Assembly (NCBI GenBank): GCA_038858525.1
Contig: JAWCFL010000005.1
Location: 9,192-73,191 of the forward strand
Length of the DNA: 64,000 bases
Direction of reading: 5' to 3'
Origin: Candidatus Jordarchaeales archaeon
GTDB lineage: Archaea > Asgardarchaeota > Jordiarchaeia > Jordiarchaeales > Freyrarchaeaceae
Below are positions 37,868-47,036 of the stretch, piece after piece; positions within the stretch are counted from its first letter, which is position 1; each line of letters opens with the position of its first letter. The translations under genes and the position numbers were made by a program. Below the pieces are notes generated by a model that saw only the letters and a program-made list of their open reading frames with translations, was not told the DNA's origin and searched no databases.

Positions 37868-38066
37868 GGGGGCGTAGCGCAGCTAGAACGGCTTATAAAA
37901 AGTGGTAAAGTAGCGCGGCTGGCTCCAGAAGCAATGAGAACAAACTGGTGCGCTGACCGGAGATGATGACCTTCTGGAGCTCCGAGCTGGAGAGGAGTAC
38001 CCCCAGAAGCACCAGTTGGTCGTGGGTTCACCCTTTACAGGGGGCCTTAAAGTCCCACCGCCCCCA
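37868..38066 (+). tRNA. tRNA-Trp(CCA) with three introns: a D-loop intron, a canonical 37/38 intron (82 nt) carrying box C/D sRNA-like elements, and a T-loop intron (20 nt)
   Basis: Acceptor GGGGGCG (37868-74) / CGCCCCC (38059-65). D-stems GCGC (37877-80 and 37913-16). Anticodon stem GCUGG (37918-22) / CCAGU (38012-16) with loop CUCCAG|A. Variable UGGUC. T-stem GUGGG (38022-26) / CCCAC (38054-58). The intron has D' CUGA (37953-56) and C' GAUGAUGA (37962-69). Its guides pair so that the nucleotides opposite the 5th position upstream of D/D' are C34 and C39. Confidence 0.65.
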
Positions 38067-38083
38067 TCAAGTTCACTATTTTT

Positions 38084-38770
38084 CTACTTTAATTCGCGAT
38101 ACTTAGGCTTCGCTCTGCCCGGAAGCTTTTCCCTAATCATTACGATTTTCTCCGGCTCAAATACTCCACACATGAACTCCGTAATCTGTTGTTCCTTTCT
38201 TTTTGCTTCATGTATGTTGGGGTAGATCCTTCCTGCAGCTTCTTCATCTTCGTTGCTTAGCGTGCATGCGATGACCGCCCTGTCGAACTCGTCGAGCTGG
38301 GTGATGTTTCTCTCAAATGTCTCAGCAGCTCTCCATGACAAATGAATCATACGGATCCAGTTAAGCCAGCGAGTGTAAAAGTGTGCCTCCTCTGTTTCAG
38401 GAGTTCCTTTTGGGTTGCGGAACTCGCACTCATTCCACCATGGTATCTTCGCGTTAAGCCTTATTGCATGGTCATAAAGTCCCGTATTTATCAACTCGTC
38501 AACTAGCCGCCCGAAAACTAGGAGGTATGCTCCCGCCCTTTCATTGCCTCCTTCGTCGAAAAGCCTCTTACCCATGGAGACCATTTCCTCATCTATTTCT
38601 CTCGCAAGTCTCTCCGCAGCTTCAACTATCCTCCTGAACTTTTCCTCTTCACCTATGTCTCCCATTCTGAGTTTTTCAAGGCTTAAAGACCTAACTAATT
38701 CAACTGCTTCATCAGACAAAAGCAGTTTGAGAATTCTTTCGAAGTTCTCGTCGAACCTATCTCTCCTCAT
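38084..38770 (-). CDS. hypothetical all-alpha protein
   Basis: 228 aa, acidic and helical. No confident family. Sits in an AT-rich region next to tRNA-Trp. Confidence 0.45.
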   Translation of the reverse strand: MRRDRFDENFERILKLLLSDEAVELVRSLSLEKLRMGDIGEEEKFRRIVEAAERLAREIDEEMVSMGKRLFDEGGNERAGAYLLVFGRLVDELINTGLYDHAIRLNAKIPWWNECEFRNPKGTPETEEAHFYTRWLNWIRMIHLSWRAAETFERNITQLDEFDRAVIACTLSNEDEEAAGRIYPNIHEAKRKEQQITEFMCGVFEPEKIVMIREKLPGRAKPKYRELK

Positions 38771-39156
38771 CCTCCCCCCCGCAGCTTCTTCAATAGTTAA
38801 ATTTCATTTATTTTGCATAAACACTGCCTCACATATTTGACTTGCACTCAATGTTAAGCCTCCCGCTTAATTTTCCGTAAATTTATTTTAACTTCAAATT
38901 TTGGATCAAATAACGCTACACTTTATTGTTAATTTTATTTATGTTACGTCGCCATTAACTTTTTTATATGTCTTTAATGGTGTTGATTTAATGGAGTTGA
39001 TACCGTTGTATTAACTTTCCGTCCTGCGTATTCTTTCTCTAGCAAAAATTATGATGATCTTTGGTGTAGGGCGAAACTTGCTTGATTAACGTTTTTTCTT
39101 GAAGGTTTAAGGAAAGGTTTTTATCTCACTTGTTCGGGTTTTCTTTAGGTTAACTG

Positions 39157-39771
39157 TTGGAAAGGGAGGAGTTAAATGTGCGTTTATGGTTACTTGATAT
39201 TCTTGCTTGTCCGGCTGATGGATGTAAGCATTATCCATTAAAGCTTTCGATATTCGAGTGGGAGGACGATAGCGCAAAACGAATATTAAATGCAGGTGAG
39301 TCCTACGCTAAGGGTGATGTTGGAAATATGAAGAAAGAGTTGAAAGGTAGCGTTAAAGTTGATAAAGCTAAGGAAATAGTGGAGGATGAGTTAGCTAGGT
39401 CGTCTATGGAAGTAAATAAGTATATCTCTCTCTTTAAGGAGAAAGTGAATAGCATTTTTAGGAACGTAGTTGTAGATGAAACTGGGGCCTCTACTCAGTT
39501 AATAAACGCGATAATTAACTTCAACCCTCCTTCTAGCCTTGATGAGCCGTTCGAGAAAGCTATATACCTCGCTAATTGGCTTGCCTTCAAGGTGAACGTG
39601 CAAAGCGGGATTTTAGTTTGCGAGAAATGCGGCCGCTTCTATCCGATAATAGAGACGATCCCCCATATGTTACCTGACGACTTGAGAGACAAAAAGGAGG
39701 ATAAAGAGTTCCTTTCGAAGTGGCGGAAGTTTGTTCCAAAAAAGATACTAGAAGCGGAAGGCATCACGTAG
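39157..39771 (+). CDS. Trm112-like zinc-binding protein with a large central insertion
   Basis: The N-terminal half-motif 'LLDILACPADGCKHYPLKL' and the C-terminal half-motif 'GILVCEKCGRFYPIIETIPHMLPDD' match the Trm112 fold halves. They are separated by a ~130-aa helical insert. Four Cys. Confidence 0.6.
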   Translation: MEREELNVRLWLLDILACPADGCKHYPLKLSIFEWEDDSAKRILNAGESYAKGDVGNMKKELKGSVKVDKAKEIVEDELARSSMEVNKYISLFKEKVNSIFRNVVVDETGASTQLINAIINFNPPSSLDEPFEKAIYLANWLAFKVNVQSGILVCEKCGRFYPIIETIPHMLPDDLRDKKEDKEFLSKWRKFVPKKILEAEGIT

Positions 39772-39783
39772 CTTCACTCCCCA

Positions 39784-40944
39784 CTAAAATAACGGGGCAT
39801 ACTTTGAAACGGTCTCTTTCATCTTTTTCACGGTCTCCTTGACCACTGCGAGTATCCTTTCCCTTTCATGGGTTAATGGTGGCTTATCCTGATCATACAT
39901 GGTGTCAGGGTCCTTTGGCACATCACCAAGCTCAAGCGCCATCTTGATATAGAGCTCCCTCCACGATGAAGGTGTATACTCCGGAGGTTTAACTCCCAGT
40001 AATTTACATGTCATCAGGGTCCACGCCTTAGCAGTGCATCCTATTTCATATCCTCCCCCGCCAAAAAGTATCAATTTTCCATCAGTAGCCTCATGTGCTA
40101 AGTTATGAAGTGTCTCCATTATTTTTTCGTAGCAATCTAGCGTGAGTGCTTCAGTCGTTAATGGATCCCTGAAGTGAGTGTCAACACCGCATTGCTGCAT
40201 TATCATGTCAGGTTCGTATGACTCCACAAGTGGAGGAACCACCTCGTTGTATGCATAAAGGTAAGCCTCGGTAAACGTTAGAGGCGGCAGAGGAACGTTC
40301 ACACAGTATCCTTTACCTTCACCTTCACCGACCTCGTCTATGAACCCCGTACCGGGATACAGGAATCGTCCGTCTTCATGGAAGGAAACCGTTAGTACGC
40401 TCGGGTCGTGATAAAATGTCTCCTGAGTCCCATCTCCATGGTGGCAATCTATGTCTACTATCATTATCCTTTTCAAACCATACTTCTTCTGAAGATACCT
40501 TGCAGTTATGGCGACGTCATTAAAAACACAGAAGCCAGCCCCCCTATCCCTAGCAGCATGATGCAGTCCTCCACCCGGATTGAACGCGTGAATCGCCTCC
40601 CCCTCCATGACTAGCTCAGCAGCTTTCAGTGAGCCGCCTACAAGCATCGCTGACGCACTAAACATCCCCTTAAAAGCTGGTGTGTCACCGTAATCCAAGT
40701 ATCCTACACCTTTTTCATCCAACCTCTTGACGCGTTGCAAATACTCTTCACTGTGAACTAACTTTAGCTCCTCCTCGTTTGCCATCCTAGCCTCTGCAAC
40801 ATAAAGATCAGGGTGTTCTAGAATTCCTATTTCCCTCATGAGTTCCAGCATAAGTGTTAGCCTCTGAGGGCGTAGCGGGTGCTCAGGGCCAAGGAAATAT
40901 TTAAGGTATTCGTCCGAGTAGACAAGTGCTACTTTTCCACCCAA
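39784..40944 (-). CDS. histone deacetylase / acetoin utilisation AcuC / acetylpolyamine amidohydrolase family
   Basis: 386 aa. 'DIDCHHGDGTQETF' and a 'GGGGY' motif. Confidence 0.85.
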   Translation of the reverse strand: MGGKVALVYSDEYLKYFLGPEHPLRPQRLTLMLELMREIGILEHPDLYVAEARMANEEELKLVHSEEYLQRVKRLDEKGVGYLDYGDTPAFKGMFSASAMLVGGSLKAAELVMEGEAIHAFNPGGGLHHAARDRGAGFCVFNDVAITARYLQKKYGLKRIMIVDIDCHHGDGTQETFYHDPSVLTVSFHEDGRFLYPGTGFIDEVGEGEGKGYCVNVPLPPLTFTEAYLYAYNEVVPPLVESYEPDMIMQQCGVDTHFRDPLTTEALTLDCYEKIMETLHNLAHEATDGKLILFGGGGYEIGCTAKAWTLMTCKLLGVKPPEYTPSSWRELYIKMALELGDVPKDPDTMYDQDKPPLTHERERILAVVKETVKKMKETVSKYAPLF

Positions 40945-41278
40945 TATAGGAGACCTCCATTCCTCTCTTTAAACTCGAAATTTTCTCCTTAAAAACAATG
41001 CACAAATAGACTAAGCGATAAATAAACCATCCTCCTTTTAGAGGATGCACTTGGGCTTTAGCTATTTACTTAAGTTTAACATTGTGACGAATGAAAGTTA
41101 AAAATTGTATGGGTGGATACAATGAAGGAACTGCGAAAGCATTCGGAGGTTGATTTGTTGATATATGTTTGTTGATATATAATAGGAACAAGTTTTTGTC
41201 TCTCGCTAAAGTAGACGAGTAGAAAAATTACACAGAAAAATGGTTAAACTCACAATTTTAAAAGAGAAAAGAAGAGCA

Positions 41279-41713
41279 TTAATGGACAACAAGTACGTCC
41301 TTGTCACTCCAGCGCATTACTTTCTGAGTAGTGCTTCCGAGAACTACGCGTTTGACGCCAGTTAGCCCCCTCGTTCCTATGGCTATAAGGTCGACGTTTT
41401 CATTGTTGGCTTCGTCAACTATTTTTTCTGCTGGGTCTCCGAAGGCTACCTTCTTCACAACGTCCTCTACTCCCTTCTTCTTGGCTTTTTTCTCGGCTTC
41501 CACGAGCAGTTTTTCAGCTGTTTGTTCTAAGTGACTTTTGACAAGGGCATACGACGACTCAGAGTATTGCTTCACTAATTCAAGCTCCTCAGTTTTTATG
41601 ACGTTCAACAAGATTATCTGAGAGTTAAATGCCTTAGCGAGGTTTATCGCTTTATCCAACGCCCTCTCAGAGTATTCTGATCCATCTAAGGCGACAAGTA
41701 TCTTCTTGTACAA
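41279..41713 (-). CDS. universal stress protein (UspA family)
   Basis: 144 aa. 'MYKKILVALDGSEYSERAL...GTRG...GSTT' ATP-binding USP pattern. Confidence 0.8.
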   Translation of the reverse strand: MYKKILVALDGSEYSERALDKAINLAKAFNSQIILLNVIKTEELELVKQYSESSYALVKSHLEQTAEKLLVEAEKKAKKKGVEDVVKKVAFGDPAEKIVDEANNENVDLIAIGTRGLTGVKRVVLGSTTQKVMRWSDKDVLVVH

Positions 41714-41761
41714 GCAACCACCCCAAAGAAGTAAGATTAATCTTTTTTTAAAATCTTATTC

Positions 41762-42049
41762 TTAGCCACCATGGGTTACACTCAGCACAGTTACAACGTC
41801 TCCATCGTTCACCTTTGTATTTAGCCCCTCGAGCACCCTTACATCTCTTTCGTTAAGCAATACAAGCATTCCCGGAGCCACTCCTCCTCCATTGACAACC
41901 ATGCAGTAAGCCTCTTTACTAAGAGCTGACGAGAGGACGTCTCTAACAGACGTTCCGTTCTCCACTTTTACATTTAAACTTCTGGCTCCAACTACTCTTG
42001 CTAGCCTTAATGGAAGCTCAACCTTAACCTCCATATGCCTCCCCGTCAC
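41762..42049 (-). CDS. MoaD/ThiS/SAMP-like beta-grasp protein ending in Gly-Gly
   Basis: '...VVNGGGVAPGML...LNTKVNDGDVVTVLSVTHGG*'. C-terminal GG directly before the stop. Confidence 0.6.
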   Translation of the reverse strand: MTGRHMEVKVELPLRLARVVGARSLNVKVENGTSVRDVLSSALSKEAYCMVVNGGGVAPGMLVLLNERDVRVLEGLNTKVNDGDVVTVLSVTHGG

Positions 42050-42174
42050 AGCGCCAAGAAGTCATATACCGTCATCAGAGGAGATGCATCTCCTCACAGC
42101 CGAGCTACGGCTCAGAGTAGGTCAATCTCCTCATCAATTATACCGATGAACGCTCAAATCTATAAAGCTAGCGT

Positions 42175-43344
42175 TCACCTCAACACTGCCCTAACTCTTC
42201 TTAAGGCTACGAGGGGAAGCGCCTCAAGTATGACTCTTCTGCATCCCTTACGGCCAACGAGAAGGTCTGAGACTAATCTTTGAAGCAATTTTGACGTCAC
42301 ATCTAAACTCTCTCCGCCTCTTCTTTTAAGGAAGAGATCCCTAAGCCAAAGGCTCCATTTTAACTCGCCTCCAATCTCCCTCCTAAGTCGCTCACCATAC
42401 TTCGTCATACAATTCCATTCTTCCTCGTAAGATTCAATTATGGTTTCAGCGCCCATTCTCCCGCTTTCCATCGCAAAATACATGCCCTCACCAGTTATCG
42501 CCGAAACCGCTCCCGCAGCATCCCCAAGAGCAATCCATCTCTCCCCACAAATAGTCTTTAGAAGGCCTGAAAGAGGAACTACTGCGGTCTCGAACTTTAG
42601 AATTCTCCCCCCTTTAAGCTTGGGCTTTACTAAGGGGTGGCCTCTAACTAAATGGTCTAAGTAATTCTTGAGTGGGACTTTAACTTTTGAGAGTAGCGCC
42701 CCCACACCGACCACCAACGAATTTCTTCTCGGAAAAATCCAAGCGTAGCCAAAAGGTGAGACCTCGCTACCATAGTAGAAGAAGTTTCTGTCTCCGAACA
42801 ACATATCAATATTCCCTTCACTGACCTCTATAATATACTGGACGCATAACCCCAGCTGGTCTCTCCTCCATTTCCACCCTGAACTTCTCCTTGAAAGCGA
42901 GAAGACTCCATCAGCAAACACGACTGCGTCGCACTCGTAACTTCCGTTTCCATGGCAGGAAACACCTTGACTACTAAACAAAACCTCGTTCACTTTCTCC
43001 CCTCTGACAATTACCCCTCCCTCTCCCTCTACTCTTTCAGCTAAGTAGAGTCCAAGCTTTGTTCTGTCGACGTTCATCCCCACTCGCTCGTGATAGTCAA
43101 CATTAAACTGCTTGTCGCCTACGGAAACGGCGACGCCATACAGCTCTCTTTCGGCAACATCCAAGCTAATTCTGAATTTTTTAACGGCTCTCTCGGTAAG
43201 CATTCCTCCACAAGGCTTCTCCCTGTTCGGCGTCTCCCTCTTATCAGTGACCACCACTCTCAAACCGGCTTTCGCCAAGTGTTCACCGCAAATTAATCCA
43301 GCAGGTCCACCTCCCACGATCACAACGTCGGCTCTCATTTTCAT
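42175..43344 (-). CDS. geranylgeranyl reductase family FAD-dependent oxidoreductase
   Basis: 389 aa. 'DVVIVGGGPAGL' dinucleotide fold, with a GGR-like middle and C-terminal region. Confidence 0.8.
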   Translation of the reverse strand: MKMRADVVIVGGGPAGLICGEHLAKAGLRVVVTDKRETPNREKPCGGMLTERAVKKFRISLDVAERELYGVAVSVGDKQFNVDYHERVGMNVDRTKLGLYLAERVEGEGGVIVRGEKVNEVLFSSQGVSCHGNGSYECDAVVFADGVFSLSRRSSGWKWRRDQLGLCVQYIIEVSEGNIDMLFGDRNFFYYGSEVSPFGYAWIFPRRNSLVVGVGALLSKVKVPLKNYLDHLVRGHPLVKPKLKGGRILKFETAVVPLSGLLKTICGERWIALGDAAGAVSAITGEGMYFAMESGRMGAETIIESYEEEWNCMTKYGERLRREIGGELKWSLWLRDLFLKRRGGESLDVTSKLLQRLVSDLLVGRKGCRRVILEALPLVALRRVRAVLR

Positions 43345-43351
43345 TAATCCC

Positions 43352-44116
43352 CTAAACCTCTAATTCGGAGAGCGCCTCAAGAGCGGTTTCAACGGCATGA
43401 TCGAGTCCATCAATCACTTTTCTACCTAGGCAGTCAAAGAAATCTTTTCCTTCAATAGGCTTATCGCTTACCGCCACTATTGCACCGCACTTGACGCCAT
43501 AAATAGAGCACACTGCAAACAATGCAGCTGTCTCCATGTCTATTCCAATGCAGCCGGCCTCAACCGCCCTCCGCAAATCTTCCATTTCTCTAAAGAAGAC
43601 GTCGGTCGTCCAGATTGAACCCAAATGCGTCCTCCAACCTTTGCTTAACGCCGCACTGAAGAGAACACTCGTCACGTCACGGCTTCCCTCGACAATGGCT
43701 TCATTAATGTACCGCTTAGAAGTCCCGTCCCCTGTAAAAGCCCTCTCAGCTACTATAAGATCACCCAGTTTAATATTCTCCTTAACGGCGCCAGCGAAAT
43801 CGCTTCTCACCACTACACGAACACCCGCCCTATGAAGTGCCTCCAGTGCCACAGCAGTCGCTGGACACCCTATTCCAGTGTGCACAATGGAGATGGCGAC
43901 GCCACCATAATACCCGTGAAAGGTCTCTCCCCTCCTCTCAGCTTTTTCGAGGAGCCGAACTGCTCTCCTGGTAGCTATCCTCGTTGCAGTTAAGAGGACA
44001 CGCCTTTCCACTTTACCCGGTCTGCAGCCGAGAATAGCGTAGACTTCTCTCACTTGTTTAGGAACTGCCCTCAGAAGACTAGCGGCCGCCTTCAAACAAC
44101 CCCTCCGGTAATTCAA
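43352..44116 (-). CDS. nucleoside phosphorylase (PNP/UDP phosphorylase family 1)
   Basis: 254 aa. 'GIGCPATAVALEAL' and 'IGIDMETAALFAV'. Confidence 0.75.
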   Translation of the reverse strand: MNYRRGCLKAAASLLRAVPKQVREVYAILGCRPGKVERRVLLTATRIATRRAVRLLEKAERRGETFHGYYGGVAISIVHTGIGCPATAVALEALHRAGVRVVVRSDFAGAVKENIKLGDLIVAERAFTGDGTSKRYINEAIVEGSRDVTSVLFSAALSKGWRTHLGSIWTTDVFFREMEDLRRAVEAGCIGIDMETAALFAVCSIYGVKCGAIVAVSDKPIEGKDFFDCLGRKVIDGLDHAVETALEALSELEV

Positions 44117-44144
44117 GATGGAACATGAAGCACAAGATGCGAAA

Positions 44145-45008
44145 TTATGTCAAGAAAGTCAAGATAACTTTCGCTTCGTCACTGAAGGCTCCCGAGAAGA
44201 AAATAAATTGGCGAAGTATTCTACTGGGCTCTGAGGGCTGTGGCACCCTACCAGTTAAGCCATGAAGAGCTACGCTTATCGGGTCAAAGAACATTGCCGC
44301 CAACAAGAGTATGCACGCAGCCGTCATTATGCTAGTTAGCAACATGAGAAGAATGAAAGGTCTCCTAGCAATGCTTCCTTTAAAGCGTGTTGCCAGAACC
44401 GAGGCCATTATGGCCGTAAGAATAAGCGCATATATGGCGTACTGCCCTTCAACTGTAGCCAGAGTGATTATCAAGGTGAACATAACCGACGAGATAGCTA
44501 TAGCCGCGTAGTCCGTCACTGCCAACTTCTCCTCTTCTCTATGCCACGCCTCCAGTAGTATTCCTCCCACCATAAGTCCGAAGAACCCTGTGTAAACAAG
44601 CTGATGCCCCAGTATTTCGTCAAGGTAATATGTCGGAACATATATCGCAGAAAGGTAGACGAGCACTTCAGGGCTGGTGGCCACCCTCGAAGCCATGAAA
44701 AGCATAATTTCGTTCTCAGCCATTGTAACCTCAACTTTATTTGCGGCAAAGTGCAAACCGTAGCCGACAAAGAACAGCATGAGAGATAAAAGGAGTAAAA
44801 CATCCAAGGATGTCCTTTTCCATCCTTCTCTGCAGACACCCTTCGAGAGAACTCTATAGAAGCCATAGAACATGAAAGCCATGTAGGGCGCTTGAACAGC
44901 AAGCTCGAACCATTCACTGAACCCGCCAAAGTTAGCCACAAAAGAAACTATGAAGAACGACCCTATAAGCACCAGAGACCACTTAGCCACCTTATTCAAT
45001 GGGACCAC
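44145..45008 (-). CDS. polytopic membrane protein, function unknown
   Basis: 287 aa with about 8 hydrophobic helices. Confidence 0.5.
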   Translation of the reverse strand: MVPLNKVAKWSLVLIGSFFIVSFVANFGGFSEWFELAVQAPYMAFMFYGFYRVLSKGVCREGWKRTSLDVLLLLSLMLFFVGYGLHFAANKVEVTMAENEIMLFMASRVATSPEVLVYLSAIYVPTYYLDEILGHQLVYTGFFGLMVGGILLEAWHREEEKLAVTDYAAIAISSVMFTLIITLATVEGQYAIYALILTAIMASVLATRFKGSIARRPFILLMLLTSIMTAACILLLAAMFFDPISVALHGLTGRVPQPSEPSRILRQFIFFSGAFSDEAKVILTFLT

Positions 45009-45107
45009 CTCTCTTTAAGAGAGGCTTGCATATAAATTAGAGTTTCGCTTACTTAAACACGATAAACTAAAATCTCTGTGGCCCCTTCATTTTAGGAAGG
45101 TGAAAAA

Positions 45108-45689
45108 ATGGAAGAGACAAATACTCTTAAAGAAACCGTTAAAGAACTAGACCAATCGGCAAAGCTGATAAGAGACCTCGTATCCAACCTTATAAAGCTG
45201 AGGCATAGCCTCCTAAAAGCATACTCGGGCCTCAGTAAACTCTTAGAGGAACCCGAACTCATGAAGCCAGCAGCCCCCTCACCTACGCCTCTACCCGCGC
45301 CCCCCTCGCCTCCGACACCCACCCCTCAACAAGCCGAGGAAGCCCCTTCAACTCCTCCCGCAACTGCAGTTCTCCCTGTACAGCCTCCAGTCGCTCCTCC
45401 CACGGCACCCCACGCAGTTGAGGAGGTTCTCGTTGAAGGAGAAATGGCTAATTTCGTAACAGCTTTCTCGGGGTCAATAAAGTCTGACCCGCATGTTTCC
45501 AATGTCATCAAAAAACTAAATGAGTTTAAAGAGAAAATTGAGAAAAAATACGTTTACCACCCTGTTCTTTCAGAGGTCAAGCTAGCTATTTCGAAGCTCC
45601 AAGGCATGCCTGGGGATAGCGTGCTGAGCGAGAGTGACGTGAATGAAATTCTGAGAAAACTTTCGAACTGGGTTTCCCGGCTTTCATAG
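45108..45689 (+). CDS. hypothetical protein with a long Pro/Ala/Thr-rich linker
   Basis: 193 aa. A helical N-terminus, 'PSPTPLPAPPSPPTPTPQQAEEAPSTPPATAVLPVQPPVAPPTAP', and a helical C-terminus. Confidence 0.45.
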   Translation: MEETNTLKETVKELDQSAKLIRDLVSNLIKLRHSLLKAYSGLSKLLEEPELMKPAAPSPTPLPAPPSPPTPTPQQAEEAPSTPPATAVLPVQPPVAPPTAPHAVEEVLVEGEMANFVTAFSGSIKSDPHVSNVIKKLNEFKEKIEKKYVYHPVLSEVKLAISKLQGMPGDSVLSESDVNEILRKLSNWVSRLS

Positions 45690-47036
45690 TTTTTTAGTGA
45701 CCACTCTTACCTCGGAGAACCTTACTGAGGGAGAAACTAGGTAAGCGTATTTTCTCACGTCATCCGCGACTCCATCGACTCTTTTAAGCATCTCATAGAA
45801 GTTATCTGCTATCATTACTCCCTTGGCCGCCCCGAGCACCTCTCCGTTCTTGACCACCCAGCATGGGTTTGCAACAACACTTATTTCCCCCGATACCGAG
45901 TTACTTGAGTGAGCTCCCTGCACATCCCAAACGATTAATCCATCATCAATTTCTTCGATGAGCTTTTCACGGCTAAGAAGCCCCTTCTCTACTACAAGGT
46001 TTGTCGCAGCTATGTGTGGAGTCGAAGAATAACTCCCCCTTCCAGCATTACCCGTCGACTCGACACCTGCCACGCCGCCCCAATAGTTGTCAAACAAGAA
46101 CCCCCTCAGAACCCCCCTATCGATTATTACCTTTCTTTGACTTGGAACCCCCTCACCGTCAAAGGGAAAAGTGTTGAGCCCCCCCTCAAGTGTCCCGTCA
46201 TCCATGACGTGAAGCAAACTTGATGCCACCTGCTCTCCGAGCCTCTCAGTATATGGGGACCTTTCCCTTATCACGTTGTCCCCCGATATGGCCTGCAGAA
46301 AAGTGTAGCCGATCAAAGCGTGGAGAGCAGGGTGGGAAAGGATCACCGTGCACTGTCCTTGTTTCGCCTCTGCTTTCCGTAGGGACTCAACGGCCAGCCT
46401 TGCAGCTTCCCTTCCAACTTTCTCTGGATTTATTCTTTTGCTTCTTTGGAAGTCAAACTCGCTGCACTCGGAAGACACTTCTTCGCCATCCTTAGCTACC
46501 GTTCCAAGGGCGCATCCCATCACCGTTCCCTTAGCATTTACGTTTAAGCCGTGAGTGTTCATCACGGCTACTTCACCCCACTCACTCACCGTCACCCCCC
46601 AGTATGCTGAAACCTTGCTACTATAATCCGTCGCAGCGTTAAGCATTGTTTTGGCGTGCTCAACGAGCTCCTCCTCAGTCGTCTCACAAACCCTATTGTC
46701 AAATATTCCTGAGACTACAGTTGGCTTCTTCGGTGATGGTAGCCCCCTCCACTTTTCGTCGGGTTTACTCGCCTTCGCAGCTTTGACAGCCCTCACTACA
46801 ACGTCTTCTAGTTTGCTTCTCTCTAAGCTATTCGAGAAGCTGAAGCCGACCGATCCCTTCACAACGACCCTTAATCCAACTCCTTGTTCGTCTGAGAAAT
46901 GGCAGGAGGAAACCTGACCAAGGTTAACTTCAACTCTCAGTTCCCTGCCGTAACTATAATACACTTCCGCCTCATCCGCCCCTTGCCTCTCAGCGTAGCC
47001 GAGAATCCACTCAACCAACCCGGCTCTCTCACTCAA
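45684..47036 (-). CDS. TldE/PmbA-family metalloprotease subunit
   Basis: 450 aa. PmbA_TldD fold. Overlaps the adjacent TldD gene. Confidence 0.8.
   Translation of the reverse strand: MSERAGLVEWILGYAERQGADEAEVYYSYGRELRVEVNLGQVSSCHFSDEQGVGLRVVVKGSVGFSFSNSLERSKLEDVVVRAVKAAKASKPDEKWRGLPSPKKPTVVSGIFDNRVCETTEEELVEHAKTMLNAATDYSSKVSAYWGVTVSEWGEVAVMNTHGLNVNAKGTVMGCALGTVAKDGEEVSSECSEFDFQRSKRINPEKVGREAARLAVESLRKAEAKQGQCTVILSHPALHALIGYTFLQAISGDNVIRERSPYTERLGEQVASSLLHVMDDGTLEGGLNTFPFDGEGVPSQRKVIIDRGVLRGFLFDNYWGGVAGVESTGNAGRGSYSSTPHIAATNLVVEKGLLSREKLIEEIDDGLIVWDVQGAHSSNSVSGEISVVANPCWVVKNGEVLGAAKGVMIADNFYEMLKRVDGVADDVRKYAYLVSPSVRFSEVRVVTKKL

Noticed and set aside
37798-38225. ORFs 37798..38031(-) and 38016..38225(+)
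   Set aside because: They overlap the multi-intron tRNA-Trp gene. No coding features.
41140-41180. Short direct repeat 'TTTGTTGATATAT' x2
   Set aside because: Only two copies, and it is AT-rich. Most likely promoter/TATA-related sequence for the deacetylase gene rather than a repeat element.
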